This document shows positions 1 to 8,917 of a stretch of DNA of 64,000 nt, piece after piece (position 1 is the stretch's first letter; every line of letters starts with the position of its first letter). A program made the translations under genes and the position numbers. The stretch spans positions 93,340-157,339 of the forward strand of contig CBDEGW010000004.1 in NCBI GenBank assembly GCA_965237935.1, read 5' to 3'. Source of the stretch: Dehalococcoidia bacterium. Its GTDB lineage: Bacteria; Chloroflexota; Dehalococcoidia; Lucifugimonadales; CBDEGW01. The notes below the pieces were generated by a model that was given only the letters and a program-made list of their open reading frames with translations, ran no database searches and was not told where the DNA came from.

Positions 1-1
1 G

Positions 2-577
2 CTCGACAACTCCGCAGAGGGTGCCGTGGACGCCCTCGATCACCCAACCGGCGAAGGCTTTGGCCCAGCGCGCCGGGCTGAGGGCGGACAGAATCTTGTC
101 CCAGATGCGGCCCGGCTGGTGGATGGGGACGACGGCGTAGAAGTCGCCCCTCCTGCCGTCCCCGGCCTCGGCCAGCATGACCAGCAGGTAGGCCCGGTCC
201 CGGTCGAGCTCGGGGTGCTCGTCCAGGGCCGGGTACTCCCAGGAGTACTCCCAGCCGTCGCTTCGGTCCTTCTCGCCGCCCTTGACCCGGTACATGGCGG
301 TTATCCAGTCGCCGGTGTCGGCGTCGCGGACGGCGTAGAAGAGGTTTGCGATCTCCCGGTCGAAGGCGGGGCGGGCGACGAACTCGCCGCCGCCCTTGCG
401 CTCCACGAACTCCCGGTCGGCGTTGACGAGGGTTAGCTCGTTACCGGGCGGGGCTTGGGCTTGGGCGATGTTGCTTGCGGGGATTGCCAGAAGCGCTGCC
501 AGCAGCAGCGCGGCGGCCAGGGGCATCAGCCTCCTGGCTCTGCCAAGGGACCTTCGGACCGTCGATTGCGCTCCCAC
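2..577 (-). CDS. Secreted/exported hypothetical protein, 3' end runs off the window
   Basis: Absent from the ORF track. GAGGAGG RBS then GTG at 577. Reads MGAQSTVRRSLGRARRLMPLAAALLLAALLAIPASNIAQAQAPPGNELTLVNADREF..., a basic and hydrophobic signal peptide with AQA cleavage motif. Open to the window edge. Confidence 0.75.
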   Translation of the reverse strand, partial: MGAQSTVRRSLGRARRLMPLAAALLLAALLAIPASNIAQAQAPPGNELTLVNADREFVERKGGGEFVARPAFDREIANLFYAVRDADTGDWITAMYRVKGGEKDRSDGWEYSWEYPALDEHPELDRDRAYLLVMLAEAGDGRRGDFYAVVPIHQPGRIWDKILSALSPARWAKAFAGWVIEGVHGTLCGVVE

Positions 578-932
578 GATTCGCCTCCTCTTCGCTGATG
601 GGGCCGTCTGTTCTGCCATCGAGTCTGGGAAGTCGCGGGGCCGGACACCATGCCTTATATGGGAGGACTCGCGCGTCCTCCCTTTTAGGGCATGGGAAGG
701 AATGGGCCGGATGTGGTGTCATACCCGTGTACAGGGATTTGCTTCGGTGCCCAGAAGGGAAGTTTTGGGCTGTGGGCAACGTGAAACGGGCGTGAAGGAA
801 GGGAAGTGAGGCCGAGCCTGCGAGCACTTTGGTGAAAGGGGTGGTTCCGACAGCGGCCCAAAAGGGAAGTCGGGGGTGGCGTGACATCGGAGCGAGCAAT
901 TGGACGGGGAGGTTGGAATCGGGGGTCGAACC

Positions 933-960
933 CCCCTACAGGACAGCCCCCTACAGGACA
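933..960 (+). repeat. Tandem direct repeat CCCCTACAGGACA x2 (15-bp period) upstream of HTH gene
   Basis: Copies at 933-945 and 948-960, just before the GAGGAGG RBS of 982. Confidence 0.8.
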
Positions 961-981
961 TGACTGCGAGGAGGTGCGACC

Positions 982-1386
982 ATGAATGAGCGGGATGTGG
1001 ACGGCAACGGGAGCGTGGACGCGGAGAGGCTTCGGCGGCTCAGGCTGAGCGAGTTCCTGCGGGACCTGGTTCGGCAGGAGGGCAAGATGGAGGCCGCCGA
1101 GCTGCTGGGGGTCAACCACAAGACCCTGACGCGGGCCGAGGAGTCGGGTGAGATCACGGGGCGCATGGGCGATGCGCTGGAGCGTCTGCTCGTGCTGGAG
1201 CTGGCTATGCTGGAGGAGCACGGGCTGACCCTGCCCCCGGAGACCCAGGCCCTGCGGGGCTTCGGACGCAAGGGTCAGATCAACCATCGCTGGAAGGCGC
1301 TGGCCGACACTCGGGTGGCGCTGAGGAAGCGGAAGCTGCTGCGCTGGGTGCGGACGGTCCTCACCCTGTGGCTGTGGCGGAAGTAG
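982..1386 (+). CDS. Hypothetical protein with N-terminal HTH-like segment (putative regulator)
   Basis: GAGGAGG RBS; EAAELLGVNHKTLTRAE resembles a helix-turn-helix. Confidence 0.65.
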   Translation: MNERDVDGNGSVDAERLRRLRLSEFLRDLVRQEGKMEAAELLGVNHKTLTRAEESGEITGRMGDALERLLVLELAMLEEHGLTLPPETQALRGFGRKGQINHRWKALADTRVALRKRKLLRWVRTVLTLWLWRK

Positions 1387-1409
1387 GCCCCGGAGCCGTC
1401 TCCGGGGCC
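1386..1409 (+). terminator. GC hairpin after the HTH gene, probable terminator
   Basis: GGCCCCGGAG-CCGT-CTCCGGGGCC followed by GGTTTT. Confidence 0.55.
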
Positions 1410-2143
1410 GGTTTTCGGCGGTTGCTACATCGGAGCGAAGTGGGCGCTAAATCGGTGCGAGCAATTTAGGTTGCGTTGGGCCGAAACAGGGTTTTGGGCC
1501 TTCCATTCGCTCGGTTGTTCGGGCGATAATTGACGCAGTTTCTGGCTTTTTCCAGTGTTTCCTGCCTAGAAACCTGGAGGATTCCCGTCCCCCGAATCCG
1601 GGACCGGCTGCATAGGATCGAGCCTTGCTCTCCGAACAGCCACCCAGGGGTCAAACCGGAAGGATTGAGCCTCGCTCTCCCGAAGGCCGCCCCGGAGGAC
1701 ACATTCGCAGCGGTTGGAGCGTCTCTCGCTTCGGCCCCTCGGACACCCTGGTCGGAGTGCGCCCTGCACACTGGCCGGTTCCTCGCGTCTGCGGCATGGT
1801 TCCTGTGGAACTGGTCGCAGCTTCACCACGCGCCGGTCTGCCATTGCAAGCTGGCTGGCCGCTTCCCTCGCGCAGCATCCCAGGACGTTACCGACGTAGC
1901 TCCCGGGTCTCGCTGCGTCTCTCACCGGGCCGTTCTGTGGTTGATCCGCAGGCCGGTCGGTTCTCCCCCACTTCATAGCAGCTCCCCCTGAGTCCGTTCC
2001 TCTGAGTTGACTCTGGGCCGAGCTGCGTCTTCTTTCAACACGGCGTCTCCCTCGTTCGGCTCACTGTCGGACTGCTGGCGTCGTCGGCACGGCAACACGG
2101 ATTCAACGGCAACGGCATGAGATTCAGCAAGGAGGTAGCACAC

Positions 2144-2665
2144 ATGGACAGGCAAGTTGGTCGGTATCAGAAGGGCGAACGGCAGGTGATCGGCGACCGC
2201 GTGGTCCTCAACCCACGGACCCGCCTCTGCTCCCTGCGAGACGCCGAGGGCAACGTCTTCGACACGTTCAGGTTGTCTCTCGAGGTCTGCGGCTGCGGGT
2301 ATTCCTTCGCGCGGGCGGGGGTGGGCTACAGAGGCTCGGACGGCTGGTACTGCAAGAGATGCGGGCAGCTGCACACATTGGACGCGAAGCAATCCGCGAG
2401 CGACCCGACCCGCCTGAAGCCCGATTCATCGCGGGTAAGAGAGTTCGACGTGGGCATCCGGGTATCCCCCGACTGGTCCACGCCCAGCGACCTGGAGGCC
2501 GGCATGGGTCAACAACGGAAAGGAGGCGTCAATGCACGTCAAGGAACTGGTTCCAAAGGTCAAGGGACTCGCGGTCAAGGCGGGCGGATTCATGCGGCGG
2601 CGCAAGCGGTTGACGATAGCGGTCGTGGTCGCGGCGCTGCTGCTCGGGCCGCTCGTGACGACTGA
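2144..2665 (+). CDS. Hypothetical Cys-containing (Zn-finger-like) protein
   Basis: AAGGAGG RBS before ATG 2144; CGC and CKRC motifs; 3' end overlaps the next gene so the true end is uncertain. Confidence 0.55.
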   Translation: MDRQVGRYQKGERQVIGDRVVLNPRTRLCSLRDAEGNVFDTFRLSLEVCGCGYSFARAGVGYRGSDGWYCKRCGQLHTLDAKQSASDPTRLKPDSSRVREFDVGIRVSPDWSTPSDLEAGMGQQRKGGVNARQGTGSKGQGTRGQGGRIHAAAQAVDDSGRGRGAAARAARDD

Positions 2666-2921
2666 CGGCGAGCTGGTCTTCCTGAACGCGGTCGGCCTCG
2701 GCCTCGGTGCGCTGCTGCTCAGGCGGTTCATCAAGCCCGGAGGCAGGCGGCGAACGGGACGGACGCAACAGGCACAACGGCAACCGAAGGCAAAGGCAAC
2801 ACAACACGAAGGAGGACACGATGACGACGCAAGCAACGACGATTGGTGGGACTGGGACAAGGCCACGGCCAAGCCTCGAAGAGCTGGTCGACCGGCTGAT
2901 GGCGGCGCTGTTCAGGGCTGA
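2532..2921 (+). CDS. Hypothetical membrane protein (2 TM)
   Basis: AAAGGAGG RBS; hydrophobic LTIAVVVAALLLGPLV and VFLNAVGLGLGALLL. Confidence 0.6.
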   Translation: MHVKELVPKVKGLAVKAGGFMRRRKRLTIAVVVAALLLGPLVTTDGELVFLNAVGLGLGALLLRRFIKPGGRRRTGRTQQAQRQPKAKATQHEGGHDDDASNDDWWDWDKATAKPRRAGRPADGGAVQG

Positions 2922-3285
2922 GCCGGAGACGGCGCCGAAGACGGAAACCCCCAGCGTGGCCCGCAGCGTCCACGAGGCGCGGCGGCTGCGGCAGGCGGGA
3001 GACCTCGACGGGGCGCTGGCGGTCTTCGCCGGCGTGGACACGGCAAGGGCGGAGACCAGGGAGGCTCGGTGGGCCTACGCCGAGTGGACGGACCTGGCGC
3101 GGAGGCGCTTCGGCGACCGGGACGCGCTGGTCTACAGCCAGGGCGCGGGACGGGCCGCCGCCCTGGTTCCCAGGGGCGACGGGACGCTTGAGGTCGCGGC
3201 GGCGCTGGGGATGCGCTGGGAGCCGGGCAAGGCCGTCTCGCGGCGAAGCCTGCGGGGTCTGCGGCCCCTGAGCGGGGGTGCGTGA
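2821..3285 (+). CDS. Hypothetical protein
   Basis: AAGGAGG RBS before ATG 2821; stop overlaps the primase start (GTGA). Confidence 0.7.
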   Translation: MTTQATTIGGTGTRPRPSLEELVDRLMAALFRAEPETAPKTETPSVARSVHEARRLRQAGDLDGALAVFAGVDTARAETREARWAYAEWTDLARRRFGDRDALVYSQGAGRAAALVPRGDGTLEVAAALGMRWEPGKAVSRRSLRGLRPLSGGA

Positions 3286-4334
3286 TGGTCGTAGCCAACG
3301 CCTCCGTTGACATCCCGGCGCTGAAGGCCCGTCACCCCCTGGGGGACACGGTTGAGGCGTCGGGGGTGCGGCTCAGGGGAAGGGGCAGGGTCCGCCAGGG
3401 CGGCTGTCCCTTCCACGACGAGATTGAGGGCAGCTTCACGGTGTACGCCGATTCTGAACGCTGGTACTGCTTCGGCTGCGGCTTGGGCGGCGACGTGCTG
3501 GACTTCATCCGGCGGGTCGAGAACCTGAGCCTGCCCGATGCGATCAAGCGGCTGGACGGCGGCCCAGGGCTTGCTGCCGGGGCCGCCCCTCGTCCGGTTT
3601 CGGCCAGGCGTCCCGGGGCAAGCCCGTTGCCCCCACGGGACCCGGCCCTGCTGACGGCGGCGGTCCGGTTCTACGCCGGGCAGCTCCGGCGCAGCCCGGC
3701 GGCAAGGGAGTACCTGGCCTCGCGGGGCGTCGCTCTTGACGCCTCCTTGCATCTCGGCCTCGGCTACTCGCCGGGGAGCGGGCTGCGGGAGGCCCTTGTG
3801 TCGGACGGCTTCAATGCCGGACGGCTCAGGGACTGCGGGCTGTTCACCGAGCGCGGTGAGCGGTTCGCAGGGATGGTGGTCATTCCCGACGCCTCCGGCG
3901 GTCTTGTCCGCTGGCTTGTCGGGCGGGCCATAGACCCCGACCGGACGCCCCGGTTCCAGGCGCTTCCCGGCTCCAAGCCGGTGCTTGGGCTTGGGCGTCT
4001 CGGCCCCGCGCCGCCCTTCGCGGTCGTGGCCGAGGGCGTCTTCGACTGGCTTGCCCTTGCGCAGTGGGGCGTCCCCGGCGTCGCTGCCCTGGGCACCCAG
4101 GGGGTCGAGAAGGTGGCGGAGGGCTTGCGGGGCTGCCCCCGGGTCTTCCTCGCCTTCGACTCGGACGACGCTGGACTTGAGGCCACGGAGCGGCTTGCGG
4201 GCTTGCTTGGACGCAGGGCCGCCGCCGTCACCCTTCCCCAGGGCGTCGGCGACGTGGCCGACCTTGCGGCCCTTCCCCACGGCCGCGCCGTCTTCCTCCG
4301 CCTGCTGGCTCAGGCGGCACGCTCCGCCCGCTAG
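3282..4334 (+). CDS. DnaG-like primase (CHC2 zinc finger + TOPRIM)
   Basis: CPFH...WYCFGC zinc finger; VAEGVFD and AFDSDDAG TOPRIM motifs. Confidence 0.9.
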   Translation: MMVVANASVDIPALKARHPLGDTVEASGVRLRGRGRVRQGGCPFHDEIEGSFTVYADSERWYCFGCGLGGDVLDFIRRVENLSLPDAIKRLDGGPGLAAGAAPRPVSARRPGASPLPPRDPALLTAAVRFYAGQLRRSPAAREYLASRGVALDASLHLGLGYSPGSGLREALVSDGFNAGRLRDCGLFTERGERFAGMVVIPDASGGLVRWLVGRAIDPDRTPRFQALPGSKPVLGLGRLGPAPPFAVVAEGVFDWLALAQWGVPGVAALGTQGVEKVAEGLRGCPRVFLAFDSDDAGLEATERLAGLLGRRAAAVTLPQGVGDVADLAALPHGRAVFLRLLAQAARSAR

Positions 4335-4562
4335 CGGCTTCTTCCCAGCTTCCCACTCCCCCGGACCACTTCCCCTCTACCGGAGCTTGACCCGCTCTGG
4401 CCTTGCTTGCGGGACTCCCTCCCGCTCCACCCCATCCCCACTCTCACCGCCCAGGAGGACCTATGCCCAATTCACGACGGGCCTTGCCCGCGCACGGCCT
4501 CCCGTAGGGGAGTCCGCACCGGCCATTCGCTACAGGAACGACACCACAAGAAGGAGACAGAC

Positions 4563-5366
4563 ATGGTGAACAGGAACGGAAGCAACAACGGCGTCCACAA
4601 GGACACCGCCATAGTCGCCAGGAACGGCAACGGGGCGCACAACGACCCCGCCATCATCGACGGGCACGAGCTGCTCTGGGACGGGCTGCCGCCCGCAGTC
4701 ACCAACGCCCTGGGGCAGCCCATCGACCCCGCGCTGGTCTCCCAGCGCAAGGGGCGCGGAGGCAGGGTCTTCGACTACCTCGAAGGCCACGCCGTCATTG
4801 ACCAGGCAAACCGCATCTTCGGCTACGGCGGGTGGGGCTATGAGTTGGTTGGGGACGTGACGCTGCGCCAGATCGAGACCGTCGATCCCCAGACCGGCGA
4901 GATCAAGACGACCTGCGCCTACAGCGCGCCGGTGCGAGTCACCGTTGCGGGCGCTCTGCCCCGCACCGACACCGGCGTTCACCCGGTGGCTGAAGACACC
5001 CTGGACGGCCACGACACGGCCATCAAGGGCGCGGTGACGGACGGCATGAAGCGGGCCTTCAGGAGCTTCGGTGTTCAGTTTGGCAACGGATTCTATGGAG
5101 ACCATGCCCCGGCCAGCGGCCCGCCCCGACCGGACCGGGCGCCCGTCCAGCCCAGGGCGGTGTCCGCCCCGGCGAACGTGGCGACGCTGCGCAAGCGGCT
5201 CGTCGAGCTGGCCGCCGAGCAGGGCTTCGACGAGGACCAGGTGCGGACCGCCGTGGTGGACCGGCTGGGCAAGAGCCTGGACGACCTGACGGCGGCGGAG
5301 CTGACGCCCCTCATCGAGGGGGCGACCGAGAAGCTCCAGCAGATGCGGCAGGCGCAGGCGGCCTAG
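4563..5366 (+). CDS. Rad52/Rad22-family single-strand annealing protein
   Basis: AAGGAG RBS at ATG 4563; YLEGHAVIDQANRIFGYGGWGY and AIKGAVTDGMKRAFRSFG are Rad52 signatures. Confidence 0.85.
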   Translation: MVNRNGSNNGVHKDTAIVARNGNGAHNDPAIIDGHELLWDGLPPAVTNALGQPIDPALVSQRKGRGGRVFDYLEGHAVIDQANRIFGYGGWGYELVGDVTLRQIETVDPQTGEIKTTCAYSAPVRVTVAGALPRTDTGVHPVAEDTLDGHDTAIKGAVTDGMKRAFRSFGVQFGNGFYGDHAPASGPPRPDRAPVQPRAVSAPANVATLRKRLVELAAEQGFDEDQVRTAVVDRLGKSLDDLTAAELTPLIEGATEKLQQMRQAQAA

Positions 5367-5458
5367 CCCGTCCTGCCCATCGGGACACGCAATCGAGCGG
5401 GGTCGTCTCTTCGAGGGCGGCCCCGCTTCTCATCTACAGGAAAAGGAGGACACGACCG

Positions 5459-5797
5459 ATGACGACGATGCACACACCCTGGGGGCCTCCCCAGGACATC
5501 GAGGAGCTGGCCGAGGGCGTCCTGCGGGTGTCCACCGCCAGCCACGGCGGGCTGAAGCTCAGCCGGGAGCGGTGGGCCGAAATCCCCGCCGCCGTCCGGC
5601 GGACCATGTTCACACCGACGTTCGCCGAAGAGGACTGCGAGGAACCCATCGTGAGTACGCTGCTGGGCCTGGGCGACGACCGGGAGAGGGAGATGGCGGT
5701 CAGGGTGGCGGAATACTTCGAGCGGTACGCTCCCGCGCTGCCCTATCTCCAGGGAAAGGGGGTGGGCCATGAGCATGAGCACGACCACGCGGCCTAG
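5459..5797 (+). CDS. Conserved mobile-element hypothetical protein (DUF7007-like)
   Basis: TPWG...STASHGGLKLS motif; strong RBS. Confidence 0.6.
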   Translation: MTTMHTPWGPPQDIEELAEGVLRVSTASHGGLKLSRERWAEIPAAVRRTMFTPTFAEEDCEEPIVSTLLGLGDDREREMAVRVAEYFERYAPALPYLQGKGVGHEHEHDHAA

Positions 5798-6188
5798 ACC
5801 CCGCAGCCTTCCCAGCACCACCACCAAGCTCCAGACGGAGTACGGGAACCTCTACGTCACCGTCTCTACGGACGAGGACGGAGAGCCGTTCGAGGTCTTC
5901 GGCTGGCTGGGCAAGGGCGGCTCATTCCAGCACGGGGTAACCGAGCTGGCTTGCCGCCTCATCTCGCTGCACATGCGGCGGGGTACGCCTCTCGAAGAAG
6001 TGATTGACCAGTGCCAGGGCATCCAGGAGATGCAGCCGTTCTTCAACACCATGCCCGACGGCAGGAGCGTGGCCGTCCTGGGACTCGGCGACGGGATAGC
6101 CCACATCCTCAAGGCCCACGTGAAGGCCGGGGAGGAGAGGGAGGCGGCGGAGACGGCGGAAGCGGTGGAAGCGAAGGCCGCTGCATGA
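5769..6188 (+). CDS. Stand-alone TSCPD-domain protein (class II RNR C-terminal/NrdJb-like)
   Basis: TEYGNLYVTV...PFEVF..GKGG...RLISLHMRRG.PLEEVIDQCQGI matches the NrdJ C-terminal domain pattern. Confidence 0.7.
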   Translation: MSMSTTTRPRPRSLPSTTTKLQTEYGNLYVTVSTDEDGEPFEVFGWLGKGGSFQHGVTELACRLISLHMRRGTPLEEVIDQCQGIQEMQPFFNTMPDGRSVAVLGLGDGIAHILKAHVKAGEEREAAETAEAVEAKAAA

Positions 6189-6281
6189 GCGGTCTGAACA
6201 ATCGAGAGCTTGGAATCCAGGCGGGGCCGTCTCCAACAGGGGCCGCCCCGCTTCCCATTACAGGACAAAGGAGGAATCGAC

Positions 6282-7406
6282 ATGACGACAGACATTGACC
6301 GGGCGGAGGTCTTCTCCCGCCCCGCTGCGCGGTTCGACGAGGACGGGCAGCTTGAGATACGGGCCTCGTCGGCCCTGGGCTGCCGCCGCGCCCTGTGGTA
6401 CGCGGCTACCGGATACGAATCGACGAATCCCCCCAGCGAGGACTCGCTGACGGCGATGGAGGCGGGCAACGCCCTCGAACCCGTCGTCCTGCGGGCGATG
6501 GAGCGGGCGGGCTGGCGGGTCGATCCCGCCGACCCCCGTAACCCCGAATCGGTGTCCATGCGGCTCCGCCCCTCCCTGGTCGTGACGGGACACCCCGACG
6601 CTACCGGGCGGATGCCCCCCGTATCAAGTACGGGGCAGGCTCTGGACGGAGACGAAGCGGTCTCCGAGGTCCAGACGTTCCTGTTCGGGGACGGGCCGCA
6701 GGCTCCCCGCTACGGCGACGAGATGGTCGTCGAGGTCAAGACCAGGGGGCCGGAGGCGTTCAAACGCTGGCGCACCCTAGGAGCGGAGCGCAGCCACCCG
6801 GCGTCGGTTGCCCAAGCCGCCTTCTACACCTATGGGAAGTTCGGAGGATGGCCCCGCGATGCGGTGATTGCCACGATGGACACGGGCGGCAGAACGTGGG
6901 ACTACGAAATCATCCCCGCCGACCGGCTGGAACGGGCCTTGGACGACGCCTGCAAATGGCTGGGCGAGCTTGCCGCCCACCATGTCCAGAACGGGCCTGA
7001 CCCCGACGCGCTGCCCGACCGGGATTTTTCCGCAGGTAGCTGGCAATGCCGGTCCTGCCCCTTCCTGGCGGTCTGCCTGCCGGGTGCGGCGGAAGCGGAC
7101 GACGAGACGGAGATGGAGGGAGAGGAGGTTAGCGACCAGGAGGCGCGGGACGCGGTGGCGGCCTACGCGGAAGCCCAGGAGTCAATCAAGGAGCCTGAAA
7201 AGGTCAAGCGCACTGCGCTGGACACACTCAAGGCGTGGATGCGCCGCCAGGGGGACTCCAAGGCGACCGTGAACGGAAAGACGGTCAGCCTAGTGCAGTC
7301 CACGAGGTACTCGGTCAACTACCGCAAGCTCAACGCCGTCCTCGACCCGGAAGTCCGGGCCGAGATCGTAACGGAGAGCGAGTCGGAGTACGTCCGGGTC
7401 AGCTAG
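6282..7406 (+). CDS. PD-(D/E)XK exonuclease, Cas4/AddB-like with 4-Cys Fe-S motif
   Basis: LGCRRALWY, GHPDA, VVEVKT, QAAFY, CRSCPFLAVC; AAAGGAGG RBS at ATG 6282. Confidence 0.8.
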   Translation: MTTDIDRAEVFSRPAARFDEDGQLEIRASSALGCRRALWYAATGYESTNPPSEDSLTAMEAGNALEPVVLRAMERAGWRVDPADPRNPESVSMRLRPSLVVTGHPDATGRMPPVSSTGQALDGDEAVSEVQTFLFGDGPQAPRYGDEMVVEVKTRGPEAFKRWRTLGAERSHPASVAQAAFYTYGKFGGWPRDAVIATMDTGGRTWDYEIIPADRLERALDDACKWLGELAAHHVQNGPDPDALPDRDFSAGSWQCRSCPFLAVCLPGAAEADDETEMEGEEVSDQEARDAVAAYAEAQESIKEPEKVKRTALDTLKAWMRRQGDSKATVNGKTVSLVQSTRYSVNYRKLNAVLDPEVRAEIVTESESEYVRVS

Positions 7407-7497
7407 ACGCTCCTGGCGGAGCGCACAACGGGGCCTGTTCCTCATCTACCGGTACGGCCCCGCCGAGTCCCATCAACCGAGCATGAAAGGAGACACC

Positions 7498-7869
7498 ATG
7501 CCCAACGCAACAGGGACCACGACGACCTGGCAGGACAACCACAGCGGACTGCGCAGGCACAAGCTCATGACCAAGGAGCTGGGGGACACCATCCCCGCGC
7601 TCGGAGCCAACGAGAACGTCGAGGACTACGACGACGTTCTCGCTCCAGCCAAACTTTTCAGCCCCTACAGCAACTGGACCTGGTACGTCACCGAGTGGGA
7701 CGCCGAGACCGGGGTGTGCTTCGGCCTCGTCGAGGGGTTCGAGACGGAGCTTGGCTACTTCTCCCTCGACGAGCTGGCGGAGGCGACCGTGTTCGGCAGC
7801 GTCCCCGCCGTGGAGCGCGACCTGTACTGGAAGCCGATGACCATCGGCGAGATCAGGAGGGGAGGATAG
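7498..7869 (+). CDS. DUF2958-like protein
   Basis: KLFSPYSNWTWYVTEWD...FGLVEGFETELGYFSLDEL. Confidence 0.75.
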   Translation: MPNATGTTTTWQDNHSGLRRHKLMTKELGDTIPALGANENVEDYDDVLAPAKLFSPYSNWTWYVTEWDAETGVCFGLVEGFETELGYFSLDELAEATVFGSVPAVERDLYWKPMTIGEIRRGG

Positions 7870-7923
7870 CGCCCTGGTACTCGGCGGTCACAAACGCAAT
7901 CAGAGAGGAAAAAAGGAGGACAG

Positions 7924-8283
7924 ATGAGCAGATTCGCGCCGAAGACGCTGCGGAGGATGCCGCCCGCCGCCCGCGAGATCGCGCGGCTGGCCAACGAGCT
8001 GGCCTCAGTGCAGACCCGCCTGGGCAACCGCATCGGGGGGCTGGTAAGCACGGAGATGATGGCGAGGGCGTCGGAGCGGGTGTTCTGTAGCAACGCCGCG
8101 CACGCCGAGGTGGTGGACGCCGCCCTGGGCTACTTCAGGGCGGTGGACAACCCGAAGGCCCACGCGGGCGAAGCCGTGGACGCCCTGGCAAGGCTCAGGC
8201 GCTCGGTCGAAGCCTTCGACCCCGACCGGCTCTTCGACGACGACGAGCCGGGGCCTGAGCCGCAGCACATCGAGTTCAGCTAG
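7924..8283 (+). CDS. Hypothetical protein
   Basis: AAAGGAGG RBS; lies between repeat-flanked genes. Confidence 0.7.
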   Translation: MSRFAPKTLRRMPPAAREIARLANELASVQTRLGNRIGGLVSTEMMARASERVFCSNAAHAEVVDAALGYFRAVDNPKAHAGEAVDALARLRRSVEAFDPDRLFDDDEPGPEPQHIEFS

Positions 8284-8399
8284 ACGCTCCGAAGCGGGAG
8301 CGCCGGACGGGGCCGCTTCCCTCTACAGGGATTCGCGGCCCCGCTCTCATTCAACCGGGCGCGGCAACGTCCGCGCCACACCATTCAGGAGGAATCGAA

Positions 8400-8801
8400 A
8401 TGGCACGCACCATCAACAAGGTAGAGCTCTTGGGACGGGTCGGTACCGAGCCGGAGATGCAGTACACCCCGAACGGCACAGCCGTCACCAAGCTGCGGCT
8501 GGCGACGGACCGCCGCAGCCAGGACGGGGAGGTCGAGGCCGACTGGCACAACGTCGTGATCTGGAGCAAGACCGCCGAAGCCGTCAACGAATACATCGGC
8601 AAGGGCGACCGCATCTACGTCGCCGGACGCCTGGTGAACAACACCTGGGAGGGCGACGACGGGCAGCGGCGCTACCGCACCGAGATTCACGCCTCCGAGG
8701 TCGTCTTCCTCGACTCTCGCAACGGCAACGGGAACGGCGGGCAGGTCAACGACGGCGACGCCTCGGACGTCGAGCAGACGGTCGCCGCTTCTCCCTTCTA
8801 G
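8400..8801 (+). CDS. ssb: Single-stranded DNA-binding protein
   Basis: INKVELLGRVGTEPE, WHNVVIW, IYVAGRL, TEIHA; C-terminal PF. Confidence 0.95.
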   Translation: MARTINKVELLGRVGTEPEMQYTPNGTAVTKLRLATDRRSQDGEVEADWHNVVIWSKTAEAVNEYIGKGDRIYVAGRLVNNTWEGDDGQRRYRTEIHASEVVFLDSRNGNGNGGQVNDGDASDVEQTVAASPF

Positions 8802-8917
8802 CCCGCTCAGTCCACAACCGCATAGCGACGCCTCACTGAAGGCGCACCACGGGGCCGCTCCCAACCTACAGGGGGCGGCCCCGCTCCTGTTTCTAACCGA
8901 AAACGAAGGAGGCCGAC

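Noticed and set aside
700-750. GGATGTGGTGTC and ATCCCTG resembling MOBF/MOBP nick sites
   Set aside because: Match is too short, there is no relaxase in the window, and gene orientation predicts oriT on the other side
26-1287. ORFs 26-436, 396-809, 441-899, 475-795, 685-1287
   Set aside because: Shadows of the real minus-strand gene (2-577) and the HTH gene, or non-coding; no RBS or motifs
982-1386. Possible internal deletion at ERLL|VLEL in the HTH protein
   Set aside because: Cannot be supported without homolog alignment
6282-7406. Cas4-like gene as part of a CRISPR-Cas system
   Set aside because: No other cas genes or array; the context is mobile-element recombination
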